A DNA stretch of 33,481 nt, from assembly GCA_964647565.1 (NCBI GenBank), contig CAZYIM010000032.1:1-33481 (forward strand), read 5' to 3'. This DNA is from an uncultured Methanosarcinales archaeon (GTDB lineage: Archaea; Nanobdellota; Nanobdellia; Woesearchaeales; CAZYIM01). The position numbers and the translations under genes are program-made. Positions 1 through 8,013 of the stretch are shown here, one piece after another (the stretch's first letter is position 1; each line of letters begins with the position of its first letter). The notes below the pieces were generated by a model, which searched no databases, was not told where the DNA came from, and was given only the letters and a program-made list of their open reading frames with translations.

Positions 1-1
1 A

Positions 2-103
2 ATGATACTTATCATATAACAAGCTCTGACTAAAGCTTGCACCTGCGCTTAGTCCCAATGTTAGCGCTATCAAAGCTGTCTTAATAATGCTTTTTTTCTT
101 CAT
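2..103 (-). CDS. N-terminal fragment of a secreted or membrane protein (runs off the window edge)
   Basis: ATG at 103 reads MKKKSIIKTALIALTLGLSAGASFSQSLYMISII: basic N-region, hydrophobic core, open to the window edge. Minus-strand TATA-like TTTATATAT near 190-198. Confidence 0.7.
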   Translation of the reverse strand, partial: MKKKSIIKTALIALTLGLSAGASFSQSLLYDKYH

Positions 104-293
104 AGTTTTAATATGAGAGAAAAAGATGCCACCTCTTCTTCTCATCCCGGTTTTATTTACTGTTAAGTAGTATCAAAAACCACCCCCCATATATAAAGTT
201 TATCATAATATAATAATAACATATACGAATATAATAGAAAAATAGAAAAATATATATATATATTAGTTCAAACATCACAACATTATTAAATAA

Positions 294-377
294 ATGCGAA
301 AACAAGAGGTTTCCAATATCCTGAGAAATTTAAAAAAAAATATCTGGGACATTGTAAATCTTGGAGGTTTCCAATGA
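294..377 (+). CDS. Putative 27-aa upstream ORF (MRKQEVSNILRNLKKNIWDIVNLGGFQ)
   Basis: Begins downstream of the BRE/TATA at about 244-260. Its stop overlaps the next start as ATGA (374-377), the usual translational-coupling geometry. Confidence 0.4.
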   Translation: MRKQEVSNILRNLKKNIWDIVNLGGFQ

Positions 378-1294
378 AAAGAAAAGTAGTACAACAAGGC
401 CCGGCCACTCTGATGATCAGCTTACCTGCAAAATGGGTGAAAGAAAACAACATAACCAAAGGAATAGAACTCGAGATAACGCTCGAGAAAAACCTTCTGA
501 CCATAAGGACAGAGGGCAAAAAAATAAAAAAGGTAAAAGAATACGATGTAACAGGATTCTCAACCAACACAATAAGTTCATTGGTATCTGCACCCTACAA
601 GATGGGCTATGATCAGATCACCTTAACCTATAAGAAAGACATTCAAAAAGGCTTTGTCCAGCAGTTCGCTATGGAACACTTCCCCAGCTTTGTGGTCATG
701 GAACAGACCCCCACAAGCTGTAAGATTAGGAGCATATCAGAAGAGATGGCCTCAGAATTCACCCCAACCCTGCGAAGAGCCTATCGTGTAACTCTAGCTA
801 TGGGAGAAAGTCTTGTTGCGATGCTAAGGGAAAAGAACTACAAGGAATTAAAAACAGTGAACTCCCATGAGCTGACCAACAACATATTGACTAATTTCTG
901 CGAGAGGATCATCAACAGGTTTGGCTATGAAGAACCAGAAAAGAACACATTCATGTATGCTCTTGTCTGGAATCTTGAAAAGTTGTGTGATGACTATAAG
1001 TATATCGCGAACTTCATGAACAAGGCAAATCCCAAACAAACTCATCTAAAAAAAGAGGTGATTGACTTTATTGAAGAATGCAACGAACTGCTCAGGGAAT
1101 ACTACCAGATCTTCTTTGATTATGATATTGAAAAGCTCGATGCTAACATGATCAGGATAAAAGCTGCCAAGAAGAAGGTGCTGGATCTCATGAAAGATAA
1201 GAGCTATGAAGAGATCATAATTCTGCATTACCTCTCAGGATTTCTACTAAAACTCTATGACAATAAAGGATGCACAATAGCAGTGTACTCCTAA
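374..1294 (+). CDS. AbrB/MazE-type DNA-binding domain plus PhoU-like helical domain regulator
   Basis: N-terminal RKVVQQGPATLMISLPAKWVKENNITKG is the archaeal AbrB-PhoU signature. C-terminal NFCER...NLEKLCDDY is PhoU-like. RBS GGAGGT at 363-368. Confidence 0.85.
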   Translation: MKRKVVQQGPATLMISLPAKWVKENNITKGIELEITLEKNLLTIRTEGKKIKKVKEYDVTGFSTNTISSLVSAPYKMGYDQITLTYKKDIQKGFVQQFAMEHFPSFVVMEQTPTSCKIRSISEEMASEFTPTLRRAYRVTLAMGESLVAMLREKNYKELKTVNSHELTNNILTNFCERIINRFGYEEPEKNTFMYALVWNLEKLCDDYKYIANFMNKANPKQTHLKKEVIDFIEECNELLREYYQIFFDYDIEKLDANMIRIKAAKKKVLDLMKDKSYEEIIILHYLSGFLLKLYDNKGCTIAVYS

Positions 1295-1317
1295 GAACGC
1301 AACTAAGATTTAAGAAC

Positions 1318-4300
1318 TCATGGAAGGCTATAATCCCTGTTCTTCGAATAGACCTTGAAAAGGGTTTTATACTGGGCGTTCAAAGACGACCTACCCTTCA
1401 CACCTAGAAAATCAGCAATCTCCTCATGAGCAATCCCCTCTTTAAGCAAACGAACCATTCTAAACTCTCTTAGTTTTTTGGCTGTAATATTGCCGTTTTT
1501 ACCATAACACCTTTGATGCCAATGTTGGACAATATAATCATTAGAGACCCGGTCGCAGGCTTTGTTGACTGCACCTATATCCAAGGGCAGCTCTTCACCT
1601 TGCCATTGTGTTGCAATAAGAGGTTTTTTGCTGTTATGCTTCCTAATACCCCTTGAACCAAGATATTCAGACAGATCCGCTGTCAACGCCCCTGATATTT
1701 GAACCTCTCTAGGCAGGATAGTTTCAGAAAGACCAGGCAAGCTGACTTTATTGTTTTCAAAATCAACATCAGCTGGCTTCAACTGTGTTAGTTCACTAGG
1801 TTTACATCCTGTCTCATAAAGCATTCTGACTATAAATTTCTCTTTATCACGATTTGAATTATTAAGCAACATATTAACAATATCTTCCTGAACTTCAGCC
1901 CTCTCTGAGAAAACTTCCCTTAAATATTCGTAATTATAATAAAACACATCTTTAGTTCTTCTTATTCTCTTATCAAACAATAGCCTGTGCTTCTTGACCA
2001 CTTTATGCTTTATCTCGAACATATCCTTCAAGCCCTTAAGCTGGGATTTCAAGGACTTATACTGTTGACCATAATGATATCCCTCAGATGTTACATTATG
2101 ATAATAGGAACCATGCTCATTTTCTATCCTGTCAATGGCCTGCAGGGCATCCTCAACCCACTCTTTCCTCGCAGGCTCCTTGATAGGCCTGGAACAGAGA
2201 CCGCCGTAGAAATCAAGTGCTCTCAAAACCACAGCATTCAAAAACTGCAGATGGAACTTCTTGTAATTAAGCAGGTTAGTATTGTCTCCTGTCGCCTCCA
2301 TATGCCTTCTGTTGTAATCCTGAACATAAAATTTTACAAATTCATCAATGATTCTCCAGTTTTCCTGAGCATCATCAACAAAGTTCTCATAAACTAAAAG
2401 ATTGACAAGATCAAGAACAATAGGTGCATAAGGTCTTCCATCAGTGTCCCAATGGATAACCTCTCCAGCATCTGAAATACAAAAATTATCTGGCTTAGCA
2501 TCCCTACTAAACGCACAGATACAATCATCCAGGCTAGCATACACAGGCATCAGGTTCTTGTTCATACGCGTCAAAAATCCATCCCATTTCATATTCCTAA
2601 GACCCTTTCCAACCTTCTCCATTATCTTGGATTCAAGATGCACAACATTGTTTTCTTCTTTTTCAGGAAGTAAATAGTGGACTTTTACCATCTCCTCGAC
2701 AACCTTCTTCGCGGCACACATATAATTTAGGTCCTTGTCTCTAATATATTTCAAAAGAGATTTGCCTTCGTCAATAAACTCTGTGACCAGAATGTTGTTG
2801 TTCGCCAGATAACTCAGGTGTGCAGGGACATTACAGCCAATCGAAGCAAGCGCATTATAAGACGCCTCTGTGGCCTTAACCTGAGAAGAGCTATCCATCA
2901 TCTTGGTGAAGATCGAGACAATCTTGATTTTAGCGTTGTTATCAAAATTCGGCAATCTTATATCAACCCTGTAAGATCCTCTGTTTTGAGAATCATCAGA
3001 CAGTATAAGAGTCTCTTCTGTTGCCAGGGAATGATAACCGTGCTCCGCTGCAAACTGTCTAATAAGTTTCATGTCCCTTCTTTTGAAATCAATATCCTGG
3101 ACTTTTTTCATGGAAAGAAAGAAATCATCGGTAAGAATGTAATTGTTAAAGAGCTTGTTCCACTTTTTCATGCCTAATCTGCATTTAAGCACCTGTTTTC
3201 TTGTCTGATCCTGGATTGTCCGAAAATTATCCAAGTCTCCAGCTTTCAGCCCCAAAATAGATAATCTGACATTTTTTAGGTATTTCTCACCAAATAACCT
3301 TTCCAGATCCCTGTTATGAAGAAAGTAATTTTCAATAGCATCATTTCGTTCTGAAACAGTATGAGGGGATAAGCATCTGACCCGCTGATCAAGCCGATCC
3401 TGAAAATGCTTTGGAAACGAGCTGAAAAAATCAACCAAAGCTTGTTTATGATACCACTCGCACAGCAAAGGTACCTTATGGTGATGCTTTGTGCTTTTCT
3501 TATAAAAATGGAAAGCTCTTTGAGCTCTTTCAGCATGTGTAAGATGATCCCTATACAGAGGATCAAGCAGCATCTTGCTAACCTCTTTTGCATTTATAGT
3601 TTCATCAAGCTGCCAGGTTTCAGGTACGACTGTACAAGCAATGTCAACTAATTGTTGGAGATAAGTGCTATCGCTTGCCTCAATTAGCTCACCATACTGC
3701 TGATGCTTTTTCAGCTCGTCAGCCACCTTCTTTGTTATCTGTCTCCTTTTCACATCATCTCTACTCATCTTGATTTGCCTAAAAGAAGGTATGTCAGTTG
3801 TCTTGAGCCTCCATTTCATGTCTTTGGCACTCTTGAACCTGAAATCTTTTCTTATCTGATCTTCAAGACCATACTCTGCATCATGCTCATTGACCCAGTC
3901 AACAAAATGCTGGCTCTTGCAAAACCTGTACTTGGCCTGGGAAGCACCCCAGAAAAAACCCATATTGATCATAGAAGGATCTCTGTTAAAACGCATAAGG
4001 TTCTTTCTCTCAAAAAAATGTGAAATCTCAATGATATCCTTAAGGCTCTTACCCTGTCTGAGATAGCTTGAAAACATCTCTTTGATAGCGCGTAGGCCAG
4101 GAGTATCATCTCCATTGATCCACTTGCCAGACCAATTGCTCGCGGGTGCAATGTGGCTAATGAAATGCTGGTTTCCGACGCCCTCATAGAATTTCCTGAC
4201 AACAGGATCAGGATGCTCCTCTAAAAATTTTCGCACAAAGCCTGCGAATTGGCTATCAGAGAAATATTTATTCACAACAGCAAATCTATAATTTCTATTA

Positions 4301-5739
4301 AAGAAATTATTTTCTAATAATTTCGTCCTGAATTTATCAAAAATTGAATCATCATAATCCAGATTCAAGCGATTCCTAAAAACATGATCTAAAACCACAA
4401 AATTCTTCCTGGCTGCAAGGCCGTTTTCTAAAGCAGCCTTGTTAGTCAACATCCCAGTTAAATTCTCTCTTTTAGTCATTTCCATGGATTTCTCAAAATA
4501 AGTGATCAGCAATTCAGGGTTGAAATTATGATCCTGAGCCAGATATTCCTGCTTCAGCGTCTTCATATCCTGACCCTTGAACCTCCATCTGGCCTGGTTA
4601 TGATAAAGAACATATTGAGAGTTACTGCTGGTCATGTAAGAGATAGCCTTTAGTAAGATTTCATCGCTCAACTGCTTGGGTGCCGGCGCCTCAACATATT
4701 CCATCTCACTATCCTTAAGATCGCTCTTAAGATGCTCAACAAGAAGAGCCTCATCCACAAAATGCTTGAATCTTACCTTATCCTTGGCAAGGGAATTCAG
4801 ATTTTCCCTGATTGCTTTAATTACCCTTCTTTCATTCTCTTTTGAACTGTTCTTCAAGTTTCTGTAAACCTGGCTAGCGTTAGCTCCATATTTGATTTCA
4901 AGATCTGTGTCACAAAGCGACCTATATGATCCTGCTACAATCTCATCGACTGACATACCGTTTTTGGCATGAGCCAAAACTACCTCTCTGAAATATTTTT
5001 CACCTAACTCAAGGTCAGGCTTGCCTTTATAAGTGATCCAGTGCTTGAATCTTGGAAAGTGATAGATCTCTAGATCCTTATATCTTGCTCTAACTTCAGG
5101 ATCAACAGAATTCCTAAACAGTTCCTTGAATATCTGGGATGTTGAGTAATAATGAGGATTCATGAGATGCTCTGGGAAATTATCAATGATAGAATCCTTG
5201 AGATTCATGATGGAATCGTAATTGAAGTATTTTGTGTTGAAGAGACCTAGCAAGCTATCGTCATACCCCCCAAATTCTTTCTTGACATACTGATCAAAGA
5301 CTATCTTGGCACGCCTCCACCCTGTAAGGATGCCCATCTGATCATCATTGTCAAAGAAATTATGAGGAAATTTGACCTTATTCTTCACCCTACCTCTTTT
5401 TGCGAGACGATTAGCATACACTTTGTCAAATATACGCAATACCTCTGCTCTTGGTGTTGGCCCGTAGTTTAGGATATCCTTATTATCCCAAGATAATCGA
5501 GAGTATTTCTTTTTTGATTTGGATTCTGCGTCTGCACGGATATTTGCCTGCAAAAGACTGATGGTTGGAGTTGTTGAATGGAATATTCTGGCTATCTCTT
5601 CAGCTGTATAATGTCCAAATAGAACTATAAGATCGTTTTCTGGCAAACTAGGAATGTCTTTGTGTGAGAGACGGTCTGGCTTTAGCTCCCTCTCAAGCAA
5701 CTTCATTTCTAGAGTTGTATCCTCTGTTTTATCAGACAT
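1318..5739 (-). CDS. 1473-aa multidomain protein: HTH-like motif, duplicated central region, APH/protein-kinase-like domain, C-terminal tyrosine recombinase-like domain
   Basis: Long uninterrupted ORF. Kinase motifs IFTK, TE, LVTEFI, RDAKPDN, HWDTD, DLVNLL. Recombinase boxes RMLYETGCKPSELTQL and ITAKKLREFR...IADFLGV...AQY. Confidence 0.8.
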   Translation of the reverse strand: MSDKTEDTTLEMKLLERELKPDRLSHKDIPSLPENDLIVLFGHYTAEEIARIFHSTTPTISLLQANIRADAESKSKKKYSRLSWDNKDILNYGPTPRAEVLRIFDKVYANRLAKRGRVKNKVKFPHNFFDNDDQMGILTGWRRAKIVFDQYVKKEFGGYDDSLLGLFNTKYFNYDSIMNLKDSIIDNFPEHLMNPHYYSTSQIFKELFRNSVDPEVRARYKDLEIYHFPRFKHWITYKGKPDLELGEKYFREVVLAHAKNGMSVDEIVAGSYRSLCDTDLEIKYGANASQVYRNLKNSSKENERRVIKAIRENLNSLAKDKVRFKHFVDEALLVEHLKSDLKDSEMEYVEAPAPKQLSDEILLKAISYMTSSNSQYVLYHNQARWRFKGQDMKTLKQEYLAQDHNFNPELLITYFEKSMEMTKRENLTGMLTNKAALENGLAARKNFVVLDHVFRNRLNLDYDDSIFDKFRTKLLENNFFNRNYRFAVVNKYFSDSQFAGFVRKFLEEHPDPVVRKFYEGVGNQHFISHIAPASNWSGKWINGDDTPGLRAIKEMFSSYLRQGKSLKDIIEISHFFERKNLMRFNRDPSMINMGFFWGASQAKYRFCKSQHFVDWVNEHDAEYGLEDQIRKDFRFKSAKDMKWRLKTTDIPSFRQIKMSRDDVKRRQITKKVADELKKHQQYGELIEASDSTYLQQLVDIACTVVPETWQLDETINAKEVSKMLLDPLYRDHLTHAERAQRAFHFYKKSTKHHHKVPLLCEWYHKQALVDFFSSFPKHFQDRLDQRVRCLSPHTVSERNDAIENYFLHNRDLERLFGEKYLKNVRLSILGLKAGDLDNFRTIQDQTRKQVLKCRLGMKKWNKLFNNYILTDDFFLSMKKVQDIDFKRRDMKLIRQFAAEHGYHSLATEETLILSDDSQNRGSYRVDIRLPNFDNNAKIKIVSIFTKMMDSSSQVKATEASYNALASIGCNVPAHLSYLANNNILVTEFIDEGKSLLKYIRDKDLNYMCAAKKVVEEMVKVHYLLPEKEENNVVHLESKIMEKVGKGLRNMKWDGFLTRMNKNLMPVYASLDDCICAFSRDAKPDNFCISDAGEVIHWDTDGRPYAPIVLDLVNLLVYENFVDDAQENWRIIDEFVKFYVQDYNRRHMEATGDNTNLLNYKKFHLQFLNAVVLRALDFYGGLCSRPIKEPARKEWVEDALQAIDRIENEHGSYYHNVTSEGYHYGQQYKSLKSQLKGLKDMFEIKHKVVKKHRLLFDKRIRRTKDVFYYNYEYLREVFSERAEVQEDIVNMLLNNSNRDKEKFIVRMLYETGCKPSELTQLKPADVDFENNKVSLPGLSETILPREVQISGALTADLSEYLGSRGIRKHNSKKPLIATQWQGEELPLDIGAVNKACDRVSNDYIVQHWHQRCYGKNGNITAKKLREFRMVRLLKEGIAHEEIADFLGVKGRSSLNAQYKTLFKVYSKNRDYSLP

Positions 5740-5802
5740 TTTGACACGTTATCAAGATAAATTGAATTTTATTACTTATTAGTAATAAAATGGGTTTTAT
5801 CA

Positions 5803-5817
5803 TTTATAAAGTTTTCG
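5803..5817 (-). promoter_or_regulatory. BRE+TATA promoter for the 1473-aa gene
   Basis: Minus strand reads CGAAAACTTTATAAA, the same BRE-TATA pattern found upstream of the genes starting at 7767 and 11366. Confidence 0.6.
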
Positions 5818-5847
5818 CTTTTTGACGACTAAAACGTAGTAAAATAG

Positions 5848-5861
5848 AAAACTATTTAAAT
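5848..5861 (+). promoter_or_regulatory. BRE+TATA promoter for the GTPase leader region
   Basis: GAAAACTATTTAAAT, 22 nt upstream of the ATG at 5884. Confidence 0.55.
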
Positions 5862-5883
5862 CTGTAAAAACCCTAAAAACAAC

Positions 5884-5976
5884 ATGAACGCAGCAAATAG
5901 CCATAAAATACTGGAATTCAACGCAGTAGCTAGGCTGCAAATCATTTCTGACTTTGGAGCCGGCCGAGCAAATTAG
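5884..5976 (+). CDS. Putative 30-aa leader peptide (MNAANSHKILEFNAVARLQIISDFGAGRAN)
   Basis: The ATG is at the leaderless-start distance from a TATA box, and the stop is followed immediately by a long hairpin (5979-6027). Confidence 0.35.
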   Translation: MNAANSHKILEFNAVARLQIISDFGAGRAN

Positions 5977-6046
5977 GCTAGCGACAGCTATCCACACGAT
6001 CCATTATATGTGATAGCTCTATCGCTAACTTCTCATTGTTTTATTC

Positions 6047-6132
6047 TGCCCGATGATGATAAACCGGTGCGTTAGAGCTCTATTCCGCATCCAAGCAAGA
6101 GTTCAAATATGACACTAAACTGGCTGAGGGCA
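6047..6132 (+). ncRNA. Candidate C/D-box sRNA / k-turn element
   Basis: Terminal stem TGCCC (6047-6051) / GGGCA (6128-6132). C box ATGATGA (6053-6059) and D box CTGA (6124-6127) sit in k-turn geometry. Internal hairpin GAGCTCT/AGAGTTC. Confidence 0.55.
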
Positions 6133-6174
6133 ATTATTTTTACATCAAATCCGAATAACCAGGAGGTGCATAAA

Positions 6175-7101
6175 ATGCCCATGTCACACATCATCCAAAA
6201 ACAGATCATAAAAAACAGGATAAAAGGAAAAAAAGGAAAACAAAGAACAGATGAATTAAACCAGATACTCGCAGAGTTGCCCAATTTCAACTCAGGACCC
6301 TACGTAGTACTGAGAAAATGGATTGAAGAACAGATAGAGAAAACGCAAACAAGAAACAAGATTAAGCATAAAGAATACCTGACAGTTGAAAAGGAGGGTG
6401 AAGCACAACTCGTCATAGTTGGCCCGCCCAATATCGGCAAAAGCTCTCTGCTCAAAGCAATCTGCGACAAGCAGATAAGAATCGGAAATTATGCCTTTAC
6501 CACAACAATACCAATAGCATCCACAATGAAATACAGCAACATCGAAATTCAATTGGTTGAAGTTCCAGGACTAATAGAGGGTGCAAATGAAGATAGAGGT
6601 AAAGGCAGGAGATTGCTTAATGTGATCAGGACAAGCGACGGAATAATATACATGCTCGATCTGTCCAAGCCATTGAATGAATTCAAAAATATCCTCCATG
6701 AAATACATAAAGCAGGCATCAAAAAGAAAAGCATCATAATTGCTAACAAAGCAGATCTACCAGGAACCCGCGCAGCCTATTATAAGTTGCTGGAGGAGTT
6801 TGAATCAGTCGTACCTATATCCGTAGCCTCGAAACAGAATCTTAGCACCCTAAAAAATAGAATCTGGAAAATGACAGATCTAATCAGGATATACACCAAT
6901 AAAGAGGATGAAAAACCAGTAGCGCTTCCAAATGGCAGCACAGTGAAAGACTTTGCTAAAAAGATACATAAGGATTTCATAAATAGGTTTAAGACTGCAA
7001 GAGTTACAGGAAATTCAGCAAAATTCGATAAGCAACAGGTAGGATTGGATCATATACTCGAAGATGGAGATATAGTTGAATTAGAATTAAGGAAATCGTA
7101 A
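6175..7101 (+). CDS. DRG/OBG-family GTPase with C-terminal TGS domain
   Basis: G1 GPPNIGKS, G2 YAFTT, G3 EVPG, G4 NKAD; TGS domain TVKDFAKKIHKDF...QVGLDHILEDGDIVE. Start moved to the ATG at 6175 because of RBS AGGAGGTG at 6161-6168. Confidence 0.9.
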   Translation: MPMSHIIQKQIIKNRIKGKKGKQRTDELNQILAELPNFNSGPYVVLRKWIEEQIEKTQTRNKIKHKEYLTVEKEGEAQLVIVGPPNIGKSSLLKAICDKQIRIGNYAFTTTIPIASTMKYSNIEIQLVEVPGLIEGANEDRGKGRRLLNVIRTSDGIIYMLDLSKPLNEFKNILHEIHKAGIKKKSIIIANKADLPGTRAAYYKLLEEFESVVPISVASKQNLSTLKNRIWKMTDLIRIYTNKEDEKPVALPNGSTVKDFAKKIHKDFINRFKTARVTGNSAKFDKQQVGLDHILEDGDIVELELRKS

Positions 7102-7106
7102 TAGGA

Positions 7107-7208
7107 TCACAAAGTTTTATCAAGAAGCCTGTCATAAACTTCGTCATCTGAAGCGAGTTCCTTTTTCTCCTCTTCAGACTCTTCAGTATTAAACGTAGTA
7201 ATCCGCAT
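7107..7208 (-). CDS. Small acidic protein, 33 aa (MRITTFNTEESEEEKKELASDDEVYDRLLDKTL)
   Basis: TTTATATA box (7233-7240, minus strand) about 25 nt upstream of the ATG. Protein-like composition; fills the intergenic gap. Confidence 0.55.
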   Translation of the reverse strand: MRITTFNTEESEEEKKELASDDEVYDRLLDKTL

Positions 7209-7245
7209 CCAAGAATAAGTAGTGAAAAAGAATATATAAATATTG

Positions 7246-7767
7246 TTATTTCACTCCATTACCGACATAAACTCTTGCTTCAATAAGTAATTTGCCTTTC
7301 TGAGTCTTAAAACCAGGGTGTAGTACAGCTACAATTGTATTTTTCTCACCAGGACTCATCTGAACAGCTAAATGATAATTATGATCAAACTCCATTCCCA
7401 CTTCTGCGGCAGGCAACAATCCAGTCCGCTCTCCGATTGAATCCAATGTTTCTTCCAAAGCGCGCCTCTCCACAATATCAGCATCTGTGAATTCAACCAA
7501 AGCTTCATAGAGATCCCACAGACCCTTAACCTGACAACAAACTTTGCTTGGCTGGCCTCTTTGTTTAGGGATTTGATCAGGATATCCTTTAGAATCAAAG
7601 ACTTTATAGACTGCTTGAACCGACATCTCTAATCCCTTGTTGACATTGTCTCTGAATTGTAAATCCAATCGATATCTGTCGTCAAGATAACCAAGAGTAA
7701 GATAACAAAGTCCTAATGACTCAAGTACAGAATCCCTAATATCAGTCATAATTGCTTGTCTGGACAT
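7246..7767 (-). CDS. GrpE-like protein (C-terminal GrpE beta domain, atypical N-terminus)
   Basis: VGMEFDHNYHLAV...NTIVAVLHPGFK...LLIEARVYV matches the GrpE G-x-x-FDP-x-x-H-x-A...GY...LR-x-A-x-V pattern. Own BRE-TATA at about 7791-7804. Confidence 0.65.
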   Translation of the reverse strand: MSRQAIMTDIRDSVLESLGLCYLTLGYLDDRYRLDLQFRDNVNKGLEMSVQAVYKVFDSKGYPDQIPKQRGQPSKVCCQVKGLWDLYEALVEFTDADIVERRALEETLDSIGERTGLLPAAEVGMEFDHNYHLAVQMSPGEKNTIVAVLHPGFKTQKGKLLIEARVYVGNGVK

Positions 7768-7843
7768 CAAATTGACGGGATATGTACCTGTTTATAAAAG
7801 TTTCTATCGATAACTACTGTTAAGTGACTAATTAAAAGAAATA

Positions 7844-7981
7844 AAGCGACATCATCGGCGCAGAGGCCAGGTATGTCAGAAATCGAAGATTTATGATCAT
7901 GCCAGAAATGCGTAGCATTTCTAAGTATCCTGACCAGATTTGCATAGCAAATCGGTCTGCCTGCCGGTAATGATGTTGCTT
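7844..7981. repeat. Multi-hairpin intergenic element (REP/MITE-like or structured RNA)
   Basis: Outer stem AAGCGACATCAT/ATGATGTTGCTT. Inner perfect hairpins AGAAATGC-gta-GCATTTCT (7904-7922) and GATTTGC-ata-GCAAATC (7937-7953). Confidence 0.7.
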
Positions 7982-8013
7982 CAGGAAATTCTTTAAAAAA
8001 ATAATCTTCCTCT

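Noticed and set aside
1318..1860. Integrase marking a provirus or integrative element
   Set aside because: The domain is part of a 1473-aa fusion with altered catalytic residues, and there is no adjacent tRNA/att site or viral/plasmid gene.
5880..6160. SRP RNA or RNase P RNA
   Set aside because: Neither the SRP helix-8 motif nor the RNase P GAGGAAAGUCC motif was found on either strand.
6109..6174. ORF-track N-terminal extensions of the GTPase (and likewise starts at 9611, 14132, 14682, 15015, 15752, 20402, 24713, 32635)
   Set aside because: RBS/TATA spacing and gene overlaps favour the downstream ATGs used in the feature list.
6084..7213. 12-bp direct repeat TCCGCATCCAAG (6084-6095 and 7202-7213) flanking the GTPase as a possible target-site duplication
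   Set aside because: Several 12-mer matches are expected by chance in 33 kb, and no mobility gene or terminal repeat supports it.
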